Origin: Thermoplasmata archaeon
GTDB taxonomy: Archaea > Thermoplasmatota > Thermoplasmata > Thermoplasmatales > GCA-001856825
Direction of reading: 5' to 3'
DNA length: 64,000 bases
Assembly: GCA_021792255.1 (NCBI GenBank)
Contig: JAJYUZ010000001.1
Location: 288,001 to 352,000 of the forward strand
Shown here: positions 9,624-19,128 of the stretch, piece after piece
How positions within the stretch are numbered: the stretch's first letter is position 1
Layout: every line of letters begins with the position of its first letter
Translations under genes and position numbers: made by a program
The notes under the pieces: generated by a model
Seen by the model: only the letters and a program-made list of their open reading frames with translations
Told to the model about the DNA's origin: nothing
The model's database searches: none

Positions 9624-12600
9624 GTGAAATCTAGAAAATTCACAATAGCCACACTAGTACTAATCATTTTGACATCTCTAATTCTAAGTTCGTCCTCGAA
9701 CGTCATAGGATCCGCAAATGAAGGAGGAGTGACCCGTCAGGCGCCTATTTCCTCTTCATCGATGGCAACTGGTCCTTATGCCGGTCAGTCGGTAATTTCT
9801 AACGCCACTTCTATATACAAGGAAAGCACCTCTAATGCTAAAAACTACCTTCCCTCTTTTAATTCTTCGGGAGTACCGATTGGCTCCTTTAACGTACGGA
9901 ACAGTTCTGCGACGCTTTATTCAGTCAGCTTCGAGGTCACTAACAAGGCAAGTGGAGTGGACTGGAGCGTCTACGTCTACACCAATCTTTCGCTAGCCAT
10001 ACCGGATCTTCCTCTCTACAATTCACTGAATCACGAAAGTTATGGCTTGGTATTCTCGGGCTCTAGCTCTTCTTCCACCATCACCGGATCAATATCTTCC
10101 GGAACTTACTATTACTATACTGGTCCCACTTCCACCCTTACTGGTCCTTATGAAATGACAGTATCTGGAACGCAATTGGTGACTGTTACCTTCCCTGCGT
10201 TTTATACGGCCTCTTTCACCGAGACCGGATTAAATGTCGGTACATCGTGGAGCGTGTACGGAACTGCAACCCTTCCGAACGACAGGATGACTATTCTTTC
10301 GGAGACAGCTGCAACCTCGACGATCTCCGTGTCGGTCCCAAATGGGTATTACAGTTTTGCATATGGAGTAAGTTCTACTGTAATAGAGTCTTATCCGTTT
10401 CTTATTTCAGGATCCAACATCACTAGACAGATTTCCATGCCATCATTTTATGAAATAACATTCCGGGAATCTGGATTGACTGCAGGAATTCAATGGCAGA
10501 TATCTGGGCAGTCCCTGACACCCAATCAGTATTCCCTCAACGACTTCTTCACCGTCACCTCGACCTCAAATTCCACTACAGCCCAAGTACCGAATGGTGT
10601 GTACTTCTACGAACCATCTACGGGACAGACCACAATGTCAACCTCATCTTCCATTTACGTCGAAGGAGGTAGCCAGACAATCTCGGTAGTCTTTCCTGCA
10701 ATGTACGCCGTTGTCTTTAATGGTATAGGCTATAGGTCGGGTATTGACTGGCAGGTTTCAGCATATTCTACGGACGGTAAGTTTTCATCCACGAATTATA
10801 GCACCTCTCCGACTTTGAAGCTCGAGCTACCGAATGGCGATTACACTTATACGGCAGGAGAAGGGGGATCCAACCTCCTCAGTGGCACATTTAATGTGTC
10901 CTCGTCCAACTATTCATCTAAAATCACTTTCCCTCAAACGTACCTGTTGAATTTCTCGGAGACTAATCTAGCTAGTGGAATGGGCTGGGGAGTGACTGTC
11001 TACGGGGCCAATCACACAACCGTCTTCTCAAACACCACGCTAGGCACCCACATTTCCATTTATCTCCCGACTGGAAAATACGACTATTCAGTTTCGGAAA
11101 GTCCTTTTGCTACTGTCCTGTACCAACAGGACCAGTCGGTATATTCATCGTCCTCTTTTTCGATTGGAAACTACCAGCTGAATCTCTCAGTAGCATTCCC
11201 TAGACTCGTATCTGTCACGTTTACAGAATCCAACTTAAGAACTGGAATTGCCTGGGGACTGGGTGTATACTCATCCGCCTCCCCCACAAAATTCTCAGAG
11301 ATCTTTTACAACACATCTTCTGTCTATGACAGCGTGGACCTATACCTCATCAACGGGACATTTCATTATTCTGTTGAAGAGGCGGGTGCTTACATCTATC
11401 CTTCGACATCCACATTCAACGTTTCTGGATCTCAACTGTCCGAGGTATATCACTTCCCGTCCCTCTTTTTAACGTCATTTTCTATAACTGGGCTGAAGGC
11501 CTCTACCACCTGGTCTTTAATAGTAGACGAGTCGAATTATTCTGTCATTTACTTTAATTCTTCAGCGTCTTCATTCATGCAAGCATATCTCCCAAATGGG
11601 TCCTATAACTACTCTGTCACTACTACGTCCCATCTTTCGACCAGTTCATCATTCTCAGTTTCCGGTACCGGACTTACCGTTCCTGTGACTATTACCTCAA
11701 CTTACTCAATCACATTTACCGAAACTGGACTACCGTCAGGCACTCTCTGGTACTTGTCTGTAAATGGAGTCTACAGCTTCTCCTCAAACGACACGATCCA
11801 AATAGTCGAACCAAACGGAACGTACAAATATTCCATCATCAGTTCAAGTTACACCGCATCACCCAGCAATGGAACCCTCGTAATTGCAGGAAAGGCTATC
11901 TCGATTACCATCACGTTCAACCAGACCGAAGCCACGTACTCCGTCACTTTTTCAGAAACGGGACTCGCAAATGGAACTGTCTGGTCCGTGACAATTTCGA
12001 ATTCAACGGAGAGTTCGGTACATAGCTCAATAACGTTACAAGAACCAAATGGGACATATACGTACGAAATAAACGCAAGTGGATTTACTCCTTCCCCCTC
12101 TGCCGGTCTGATCTCGGTTAATGGAGCTGGCCAGACCATTTCGGTAGCGTTCGCACCCACTAAACCTGTCCCCAAGTACAACGTTACCTTCTCAGAGACA
12201 GGACTGTCCATCAATACTTTGTGGACTGTCTCACTGACAAATTCGACCAATGCAGGGAAGGTCATTGACGTGATTAGCACTGTTAAGGGAAATATCGATG
12301 TGTACGGAATAACCTATGATAGTTCCAACAGGTACCTGTATGTCTCGGGTGTTGCACAGAATTCTACTTCCGCTTCCAATTATCCTGGGGTGGTCCTAGT
12401 GATAAGCCCCATCACCAACACCGTGATCAATACGATTTCCGTGGGCTCACTTCCAGAATCCAGCGTGTACGATCCATACAACGGTTACTTGTACGTTGCA
12501 AACGCACTATCCAATAACGTATCTGTGATTAACACGGTGACTCAATCTGTAATCGCAACTACACCGGTAGGCAATCAGCCAGTCGGAATTGCGTACTCGT

Positions 12601-14180
12601 CCATGAACCACGACGTTTACGTCGCAAATGGGGCTTCGGGCACTGTCTCAGTGATAAGCAGCGCGTCTAATGTGGTCCTTTCGACGATTGTCCTTGGTTC
12701 ATCCGGACAGACACTTGCTGGAGCAGTGTTTGATCCTTCAAACGGGAACCTGTACATAGGTGGATTTAACAATGTCTCGAAGACAGATAGCGTCTTCGTG
12801 ATAAACACCCTCACAAACGTTGTGGTGTCGGAAATAAATGGTGCCGCCTACTTTGGTACTTACGATTCCTTTAACGGGTACATATATTTCACCGACAATT
12901 CCCTTAATTCTGTTCTTGTAGTCGACGGCTCGACCAACCAGGTTGTTACTACTATAGATCTCCCGTCCCATTCATCACCCATAGGGCTGACGTACGATTC
13001 CTTCGATCACAACATTTACGTCGCTGAACAAAACTCGAGCTCGCTGGCAGTCATAAGTTCACTTACCAATACGGTGATTGCGAACCTGGATGTCACGGGA
13101 TCTCCGCTCTTTCCTACGTACGTTCCCTCAAATCACGACATTTACGTTTCGAACCATTTGGTGGGCGGAATTCAAGAAGTCTCTTCTTATGGTGGACAAA
13201 GCTCAGTACAGTCATCGACGCTCGACACAGTACAGTTTTCAGAGCCAAATGGCACCTACTCTTTCAGCATCGGGAGCATCAACGGCTATACCGTGAATCC
13301 CCAGTCTGGATTCCTGACCATTAAGGGCTCCGCGGTCGATGAAAGTGTTGCATTTTCCGTGGTAATCGGGTACGAGGTAACTTTCTCTCAGATCGGACTC
13401 CGAGCTGGTGTATCGTGGTCCGTGACCCTGGGTGCGAGTACTCAAAAATCCACCTCGCCTAGCGTGACTTTCACTGAAACAAACGGTACCTATTCGTTCG
13501 AGATAGCCAACGTTTCTGGCTACGTAGTTTCCCCAACTGCCGGGGTAATAACCGTGAGCGGCTCCTCGATCACAAAGACCATTACCTTTTCTGAAGTGTT
13601 CACGGTAAACTTCATTGAGTCTAATCTGCCCGTTGGAGCAACGTGGACCGTGACTCTAGCTGGAGTAGCCAAGTCCTCTGGAACAAACACGATAACCTTT
13701 GGGGAACTCAACGGATCGTATACTTACTCGGTAAACTCTTCAAATAACTATACGGCGTCTCCCTCGTCGGGTACTATTATCGTCAATGGTGCCACGTTGA
13801 ACCAGACTGTTCAATTCTCTCCCGTCCAGATCCCGCTGTTCCTCACAGGCACCATCAGCCCGGCCAATGCCACCCTGTACATCAACGGTCAACGGGTTTC
13901 CACAATAAATGGAACGTTCAACGTCTCGATTAATCCCGGGAGCTATGATATAAAGGTCGTTTTAAGTGGATACGTTACATACTATCGCAACGTTACCGTG
14001 ACTTCTAATCAGACCAATGTATCTGCCCTTACCATCACTCTTACCAAGGTAACTCCGCCATCCCCACTGTCAACCACCGAAATCGTCATCATAGCCGTCG
14101 TGGCAATAGCGATAGTTGCAGCCGTCTCGATGTCAATAGTCAGGTCACGTAAGAGAACTGAATCGAAGCGCAAAGAGTGA
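9609..14180 (+). CDS. Large membrane-anchored surface glycoprotein: thermopsin-type 'ETGLPxGTxW' repeats, YVTN/YncE beta-propeller, PEGA-like domain, C-terminal TM
   Basis: Signal peptide; many FTETGLPSGTLW-type repeats; propeller blades YDPYNGYLYVANALSNNVSVINT; ISPANATLYINGQ; hydrophobic tail followed by RSRKR. True start may be GTG 9624. Confidence 0.88.
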   Translation: MLSTSVKSRKFTIATLVLIILTSLILSSSSNVIGSANEGGVTRQAPISSSSMATGPYAGQSVISNATSIYKESTSNAKNYLPSFNSSGVPIGSFNVRNSSATLYSVSFEVTNKASGVDWSVYVYTNLSLAIPDLPLYNSLNHESYGLVFSGSSSSSTITGSISSGTYYYYTGPTSTLTGPYEMTVSGTQLVTVTFPAFYTASFTETGLNVGTSWSVYGTATLPNDRMTILSETAATSTISVSVPNGYYSFAYGVSSTVIESYPFLISGSNITRQISMPSFYEITFRESGLTAGIQWQISGQSLTPNQYSLNDFFTVTSTSNSTTAQVPNGVYFYEPSTGQTTMSTSSSIYVEGGSQTISVVFPAMYAVVFNGIGYRSGIDWQVSAYSTDGKFSSTNYSTSPTLKLELPNGDYTYTAGEGGSNLLSGTFNVSSSNYSSKITFPQTYLLNFSETNLASGMGWGVTVYGANHTTVFSNTTLGTHISIYLPTGKYDYSVSESPFATVLYQQDQSVYSSSSFSIGNYQLNLSVAFPRLVSVTFTESNLRTGIAWGLGVYSSASPTKFSEIFYNTSSVYDSVDLYLINGTFHYSVEEAGAYIYPSTSTFNVSGSQLSEVYHFPSLFLTSFSITGLKASTTWSLIVDESNYSVIYFNSSASSFMQAYLPNGSYNYSVTTTSHLSTSSSFSVSGTGLTVPVTITSTYSITFTETGLPSGTLWYLSVNGVYSFSSNDTIQIVEPNGTYKYSIISSSYTASPSNGTLVIAGKAISITITFNQTEATYSVTFSETGLANGTVWSVTISNSTESSVHSSITLQEPNGTYTYEINASGFTPSPSAGLISVNGAGQTISVAFAPTKPVPKYNVTFSETGLSINTLWTVSLTNSTNAGKVIDVISTVKGNIDVYGITYDSSNRYLYVSGVAQNSTSASNYPGVVLVISPITNTVINTISVGSLPESSVYDPYNGYLYVANALSNNVSVINTVTQSVIATTPVGNQPVGIAYSSMNHDVYVANGASGTVSVISSASNVVLSTIVLGSSGQTLAGAVFDPSNGNLYIGGFNNVSKTDSVFVINTLTNVVVSEINGAAYFGTYDSFNGYIYFTDNSLNSVLVVDGSTNQVVTTIDLPSHSSPIGLTYDSFDHNIYVAEQNSSSLAVISSLTNTVIANLDVTGSPLFPTYVPSNHDIYVSNHLVGGIQEVSSYGGQSSVQSSTLDTVQFSEPNGTYSFSIGSINGYTVNPQSGFLTIKGSAVDESVAFSVVIGYEVTFSQIGLRAGVSWSVTLGASTQKSTSPSVTFTETNGTYSFEIANVSGYVVSPTAGVITVSGSSITKTITFSEVFTVNFIESNLPVGATWTVTLAGVAKSSGTNTITFGELNGSYTYSVNSSNNYTASPSSGTIIVNGATLNQTVQFSPVQIPLFLTGTISPANATLYINGQRVSTINGTFNVSINPGSYDIKVVLSGYVTYYRNVTVTSNQTNVSALTITLTKVTPPSPLSTTEIVIIAVVAIAIVAAVSMSIVRSRKRTESKRKE

Positions 14181-14190
14181 GGACCAAAAC

Positions 14191-14217
14191 CTTTTTCCTT
14201 TCATTTTTCTTTTTTCC
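14191..14217 (+). terminator. Oligo-T archaeal terminator
   Basis: ctttttcctttcatttttcttttttcc immediately after the stop codon. Confidence 0.55.
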
Positions 14218-14319
14218 TCGACTTCTCTTGCGGTCGGTATCTCCAGTCTATAGCATCATTAGTTCTAGAGTTAGGGGAGTACCTGTAATTGTTTATATCG
14301 TTGTCCGACTTACGTCTTT

Positions 14320-15960
14320 GTGACTATTAAAGTTCTCCGATACGTAGAGATTCCCGTGAGAGATGCCACGATCCTCACTGGGGACTTGTACCTCCCAGAA
14401 TCGGATCCTCCCTATCCTTCAATCGTCTTCAGGACACCTTATGGACGAGACGACAAGGCATACAGAAAGTACGCAAGTTTCTTTGCTTCAAATGGCTTTG
14501 CTTATCTTAATTCTGACGTGAGGGGGAGAGGCGATTCTGAGGGGAAATTCGAGCCGTACTTCAATGAAGGGAGAGATGGCAAAGATGTCATAGACTGGGT
14601 TGCTAAACAGCCCTGGTCGAACGGAAAGATCGGGACGTTTGGTGCTTCATATTCGGCAAGGATACAATGGTTAACTGCCCTTGAAAAACCCGCGAATCTT
14701 TTGGCGATGATCTCTAAGGTATCTCCCTCTGATCCCTTCGTGGAGAGTCCAACAGGCGTTTACGACCCGATGCACATTTCATGGAGATACCTCGTGAGCG
14801 GAAGGACCCTAAAGAATACGGACGATATTGACTGGGATAGCGTGTACAGAACTCTACCCATAAAGGACATGCCGAAGGCGCTCGGCATAGGCTTCCCAGA
14901 TTGGGAAGAGAACTTATCTCACCAGACTTTCGATTCATTCTGGGACAAAATGAGCTACCAGACCAAGTTCGACAAGATAGACGTCCCGACGATGCACATT
15001 TCTGGATGGTACGACGACGAACAGGTTGGTACTTTTATCAACTACATGGGGATGCGAACTGGGTCTGCTTCACCCCGATCTCGAGAAAATCAGGCTATTG
15101 TCATTGGCCCCTGGGGGCACAACGTAAACTCCACCTCCAAACTGGGAGACGTGGATTTTGGACCTGGTGCAATCATAGATCTAGACACGTTGCAGCTAAA
15201 CTGGTTCAGGAAGTGGTTGGTCGACGAGAGTGCCTCAGTCGGAAAGAGAGCAAAGATATTCCTAATGGGGGAAAACAAATGGATCGACTTTGAAGACTGG
15301 CCACCTTCGAATTCAAGGCCATCTAGGCTATATATCACCAGCAATGGTCGAGCGAACAGTAGATATGGGGACGGGAGGCTCGTCTGGAGAGAAGAAGAAA
15401 TCTCAGGTGGAAAAGACGAGTACAGGTACGATCCTTCCGATCCGACTCCTTACGTAACAGAAATAACGGCCTCTCAGATCGGCGGACCCGACAACTATTC
15501 CTCAGTCCAAAGGAGAGATGACGTTTTGGTCTATACCACTCCGCCACTGGAAAGAGGCATCACTTTTCTCGGAGCAGTAGGTGCAGAAATCTTTATGGAG
15601 ACTGATGTCCCCGATACGGACATAATGGCTATGCTCCTGGATGTGTGGCCTAATGGATATTCACAAAGGCTGTGCGATGGAATGACTAGGGCCCGCTACA
15701 GGAAAGGCATGGACCAGATAGAACTTCTCGAGAAGGGAAAAGTCTACGATATCAAGGTTGACCTTTGGAACACCGGTCACAGATTCGCAAAGGGGCATAG
15801 GATTAGGTTCAGCATTTCTTCTGCGGCCTTTCCGAAATATTCGAGAAATCTTAACACGGGACTCGATCTTGCCACGGACTCCACCATGAACGTTGCCAAC
15901 ATCAGGATATTGCACTCAGCAAAGTATCCATCCAGCTTTCAGTTCTTCGTTTATGACTGA
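14320..15960 (+). CDS. CocE/NonD family hydrolase (peptidase S15-like)
   Basis: RTPYG, DVRGRGDSEG, nucleophile GASY, GWYD, GPWGH, and C-terminal jelly-roll KGHRIRFSISSAAFPKY. Confidence 0.93.
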   Translation: MTIKVLRYVEIPVRDATILTGDLYLPESDPPYPSIVFRTPYGRDDKAYRKYASFFASNGFAYLNSDVRGRGDSEGKFEPYFNEGRDGKDVIDWVAKQPWSNGKIGTFGASYSARIQWLTALEKPANLLAMISKVSPSDPFVESPTGVYDPMHISWRYLVSGRTLKNTDDIDWDSVYRTLPIKDMPKALGIGFPDWEENLSHQTFDSFWDKMSYQTKFDKIDVPTMHISGWYDDEQVGTFINYMGMRTGSASPRSRENQAIVIGPWGHNVNSTSKLGDVDFGPGAIIDLDTLQLNWFRKWLVDESASVGKRAKIFLMGENKWIDFEDWPPSNSRPSRLYITSNGRANSRYGDGRLVWREEEISGGKDEYRYDPSDPTPYVTEITASQIGGPDNYSSVQRRDDVLVYTTPPLERGITFLGAVGAEIFMETDVPDTDIMAMLLDVWPNGYSQRLCDGMTRARYRKGMDQIELLEKGKVYDIKVDLWNTGHRFAKGHRIRFSISSAAFPKYSRNLNTGLDLATDSTMNVANIRILHSAKYPSSFQFFVYD

Positions 15961-16846
15961 TCCTCTCTACAACTCTAGGAATGCCAGGGTGCAAGTGATA
16001 AGCGGAAAAGGACAGAAAGTCATAATTTTCAAGGAGAATCCCCTTTTCGATTATTTTTCCAGCGATGAAAGGGCAGAGTCCGTTCTTCTGCACGACGGTC
16101 AGATATCGCTCATAGGAGATGCGGAAGTAGACAAGAATTTTTGTAGCCTTGACGGACACGACTACTGCGTAGCACCTCCGTACTTCGAGTTCAGGAAGGG
16201 AAAGTTGTGTTCAACGGAGACTAATGAATGGTTTGAATATCCGCTCCAAGAGGAACTTAGGTATGTACTGAAACACAAGAAAAAGATAGGAGAACTGATA
16301 GAGTCAGTAACTTCCGAAATGAGAACGGACGACACCGAAAAGACCATATCGGAATTGATTAGAAATCGGCTCTGCAGTTCAGGCTATTCCTTGTATTATG
16401 GCCCCGTCGTGGCGTTCGACCAGAATACGCTTAGTGTCTGGAACAAACCCGGGGACAGCTCTCTGAAGAAGATAATGTACATAGAAGTCGCTTCAAAGAA
16501 GAGGGGACTGACAATACTCTACTCGAATTCGTTTCTTGCAACCAGCGAAGAAGCGTACGTCGACAAGTACAAGCAAAGCATCGAGGCGTTAGAGCTTCTC
16601 AAGAAGAAGTTCGTCGAAGGGAACACGACGGCAGAGATCTCATCAGAGTTTGAGATGTTCAGAAACGATAAGCTGTATCTCACCACTCCACTCTTTCCCT
16701 TCAGCTACCACCCCGTTCCCGGAACGAACACGACAATCAAGACGGGAGATACGGCAGTATTCGACTTCTGGGTCTCCACGCAAGAATTTAGTTTCAGACG
16801 AAAGGCGATAGCGATTGCAGGGAGTTATCGAGGCTCCGTAATCTAG
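15953..16846 (+). CDS. Degenerate M24 (aminopeptidase P/prolidase-fold) protein, metal ligands not recognisable
   Basis: ATG 15953 overlaps the cocE stop. EELRYV...TEKTISELIRNRL...YGPVVAFDQN...KPGDSSL...EGNTTAEI follows the pita-bread pattern. Confidence 0.55.
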   Translation: MTDPLYNSRNARVQVISGKGQKVIIFKENPLFDYFSSDERAESVLLHDGQISLIGDAEVDKNFCSLDGHDYCVAPPYFEFRKGKLCSTETNEWFEYPLQEELRYVLKHKKKIGELIESVTSEMRTDDTEKTISELIRNRLCSSGYSLYYGPVVAFDQNTLSVWNKPGDSSLKKIMYIEVASKKRGLTILYSNSFLATSEEAYVDKYKQSIEALELLKKKFVEGNTTAEISSEFEMFRNDKLYLTTPLFPFSYHPVPGTNTTIKTGDTAVFDFWVSTQEFSFRRKAIAIAGSYRGSVI

Positions 16847-17664
16847 ACCTTATCAACCGTGAAAGATGCATAGCCTACCCCCGTTTCCCCTCCAGTCATT
16901 TCGATTGAATTTGAAAGTTTCAGGAGATCTACCTTTCCAGAATAAGTGGAGAGAAGGGTCACGATAGGGCCAAATCCACAGGCGCTGACTTCTCCAGAAT
17001 ACTCGTACCTATATAGCGCCTTGAAGTCCCTGTGAAGCACTGCAGTGGAAAAATATCCGTCCAGCTGTTTTAATCTTCTCAAGGCAAGGTAGTGATTGAG
17101 ATCAGAGCTGGCAATGACGGTGAAATTTCCGCTCAGCTTTTTAAGTCTCAAAGCAAGGTGTTCTGCAGCTTCTAGGCTCTGGTCCATCATGACTATGGGG
17201 ACAATTTCCACTTCTCCATAAATGAACTGTAGGAACGGAATTTCCACTTCCACGGAATGCTCTTGCAGATGGGCGAGATTGTCCACCACGATCAGATCAT
17301 CCTGGAGTTCTTCTATCGCTTCCTTTTTGATTTTAGCTCGTCCTAGCGGGGTCAGGTAATCTTCGTCTCCAATCGAAATCGGAGCGCCAAGACCCGTATG
17401 ATTGGGACCCACCACGACGTAGTAATCGTACTTTCCTGAATTAGCGAGCGAACCGAACGAAAATGCCGCAACAGGTGCACTGTAATCGTAACCTGCGTGA
17501 GGGACCACCACACCCTTTTCTGGATCGATACGTTTTATTTCCGGAATATAACCAGGTCCATTCCAGTGAGTGAAAGCCCATTCTATCTTTTCCTTTAGAG
17601 CTTCGGGATCAGAAGGATAAAAATAACCTGCAACATAAGGCGTCCTCATGGCTTCCTCAGACAT
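16843..17664 (-). CDS. MEMO1 family protein (AmmeMemoRadiSam protein B)
   Basis: AGYFYP, VPHAGYDYS, GPNHTG, EHSVEVEIPFLQ, ASSDLNHY, ACGFGP, VGYAS. Confidence 0.93.
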   Translation of the reverse strand: MSEEAMRTPYVAGYFYPSDPEALKEKIEWAFTHWNGPGYIPEIKRIDPEKGVVVPHAGYDYSAPVAAFSFGSLANSGKYDYYVVVGPNHTGLGAPISIGDEDYLTPLGRAKIKKEAIEELQDDLIVVDNLAHLQEHSVEVEIPFLQFIYGEVEIVPIVMMDQSLEAAEHLALRLKKLSGNFTVIASSDLNHYLALRRLKQLDGYFSTAVLHRDFKALYRYEYSGEVSACGFGPIVTLLSTYSGKVDLLKLSNSIEMTGGETGVGYASFTVDKV

Positions 17665-17736
17665 GTAAACTGGAAGAATTATTGAGTTTTTCGCAAGTAT
17701 GTGATATATTATTAGGATACATATGGCACTTTTAGG

Positions 17737-18129
17737 TCAATATCGTTCAATTGACAGACCATCAATTCCGGCAAAATGTTTAACATTTCTGGTCAGCAGG
17801 AAGTCATCTCTGGACTTGCATATTCCAGCTATCATCGCATCTTCTGTCTGGATTGGCTTTCCAAGTTTCTTTTTATGAGTGTAGATCATTCCCGCTTCTC
17901 TACTGGAAATTTCATCCAACGGATGAATGGGAAGCCCTTCTATAATGTCGAGAATCTTAGCTACCTCATCTTCTCGCTTATTCATAGCTCCGACTCCAAC
18001 TTAAAGTTCGAAGATTGATACTGAGGTAACCGATATGGGCGAATTCTCAGGCTGCAATAGTTTGGCCTTCTGTATTGCGTCGTGATCACCATTCATTACG
18101 TCTATTATGAATGAAGTATCTGCGATCAT
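17737..18129 (-). pseudogene. vapC: VapC/PIN-domain toxin with in-frame TAA at codon 43
   Basis: MIADTSFIIDVMNG...SVTSVSIFEL*VGVGAMNKRE...EDAMIAGIC...LLTRNVKHF. The stop is at 18003-18001, and both halves are in the same frame. Confidence 0.88.
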
Positions 18130-18364
18130 TTTTTCTCACTCTTTCTGTTATTTCATTCATTCTATTTTCGCTCTCTTTTCGCAGATTAGCTATCGCAGAT
18201 TTTACTTCATTTGTCTCTCTCTTAGACAACACTCCCGCCAAGTCAAGGATATTAGTCCTCTTCGTGAGTCTGTTTATGACATCTGTGAAACTTTCTTTCT
18301 TGCCTTTGAGCTTGTAGAGCTACATGTATGCTTCGTCGGAGATACTTATGTTTCTATTTCCCAT
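18086..18364 (-). pseudogene. vapB: VapB-type antitoxin (archaeal DUF217-like) with in-frame TAG at codon 15
   Basis: MGNRNISISDEAYM*LYKLKGKKESFTDVINRLTKRTNILDLAGVLS...; the stop is at 18322-18320. It lies directly upstream of and overlaps the PIN gene. Confidence 0.82.
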
Positions 18365-18377
18365 ATGTATACATATG
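18362..18377. promoter_or_regulatory. Perfect 16-bp palindrome over the antitoxin start codon; candidate TA operator
   Basis: catatgtatacatatg is its own reverse complement. Confidence 0.6.
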
Positions 18378-18543
18378 TGTGTGTAGCATATACCTTTACC
18401 CTCCAGGCACTGCAGCAACAACTCTGCGTAGCATTAGGTTACGGCAATCGAGGAAAACTTAAAAAATGGTAAATCTGAGTAAACATCCTAGTTTACCCGA
18501 AATTAGAAGAAAAGAAGGGAAAAGGGTAAATTTAAAAGAAAAT

Positions 18544-19128
18544 CTAAAGATCGGCTAAGAATTCCTCTTGCTTTAGTTGCGATGCGTCTTTTCCGTTTTG
18601 CGCCATGACTCCCTTCGTCAGTAGGTAGTATATCAGGGCAAGACTCTCTCTCCCCTTGTTATTTCCCGGTATGACAAAATCGACGAAGGATGTGCTGTTG
18701 TTTGTGTGGCACAGTGCTACTACAGGTATGCCGTTTATGACTGCTTCCTTCTGCGCCTGATTGTCAGTGGCTGGATCGTTAATAATCACCACATCGGGTT
18801 CTATGTAACCATTCAGTGAGGGATTCGTGAACGAACCCGGTATGAATCTGTCAGTTATGAATCTTGCACCTAGGGCAGCAGCTGAGGCCTTTACTGGTTT
18901 TTTGGCATATTCTCTTGAAGCTACGAATACTACTCCATTCGGGTCGAATCTGGACAAGAACTTGGCCGCGATCTTAATCCGCTCATCGATTTTCTTAATG
19001 TCGAGGATGTTCAGTCCCTCTTTGTTGACGTAGGCAGTAAACTTCTTCATGTCTGCACTTCTTATCTTTGTACCTATGTGTATAGCTGAATTCCTGTACG
19101 TGTCTTCTGATGCTAGTAGATCACTCAT
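18544..19128 (-). CDS. rpsB: 30S ribosomal protein S2 (uS2)
   Basis: IHIGTK, DERIKIAAKFL, RFIPGSFTNP, EPD, DNQAQKEA, IPGNNKGRESL. Confidence 0.96.
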   Translation of the reverse strand: MSDLLASEDTYRNSAIHIGTKIRSADMKKFTAYVNKEGLNILDIKKIDERIKIAAKFLSRFDPNGVVFVASREYAKKPVKASAAALGARFITDRFIPGSFTNPSLNGYIEPDVVIINDPATDNQAQKEAVINGIPVVALCHTNNSTSFVDFVIPGNNKGRESLALIYYLLTKGVMAQNGKDASQLKQEEFLADL

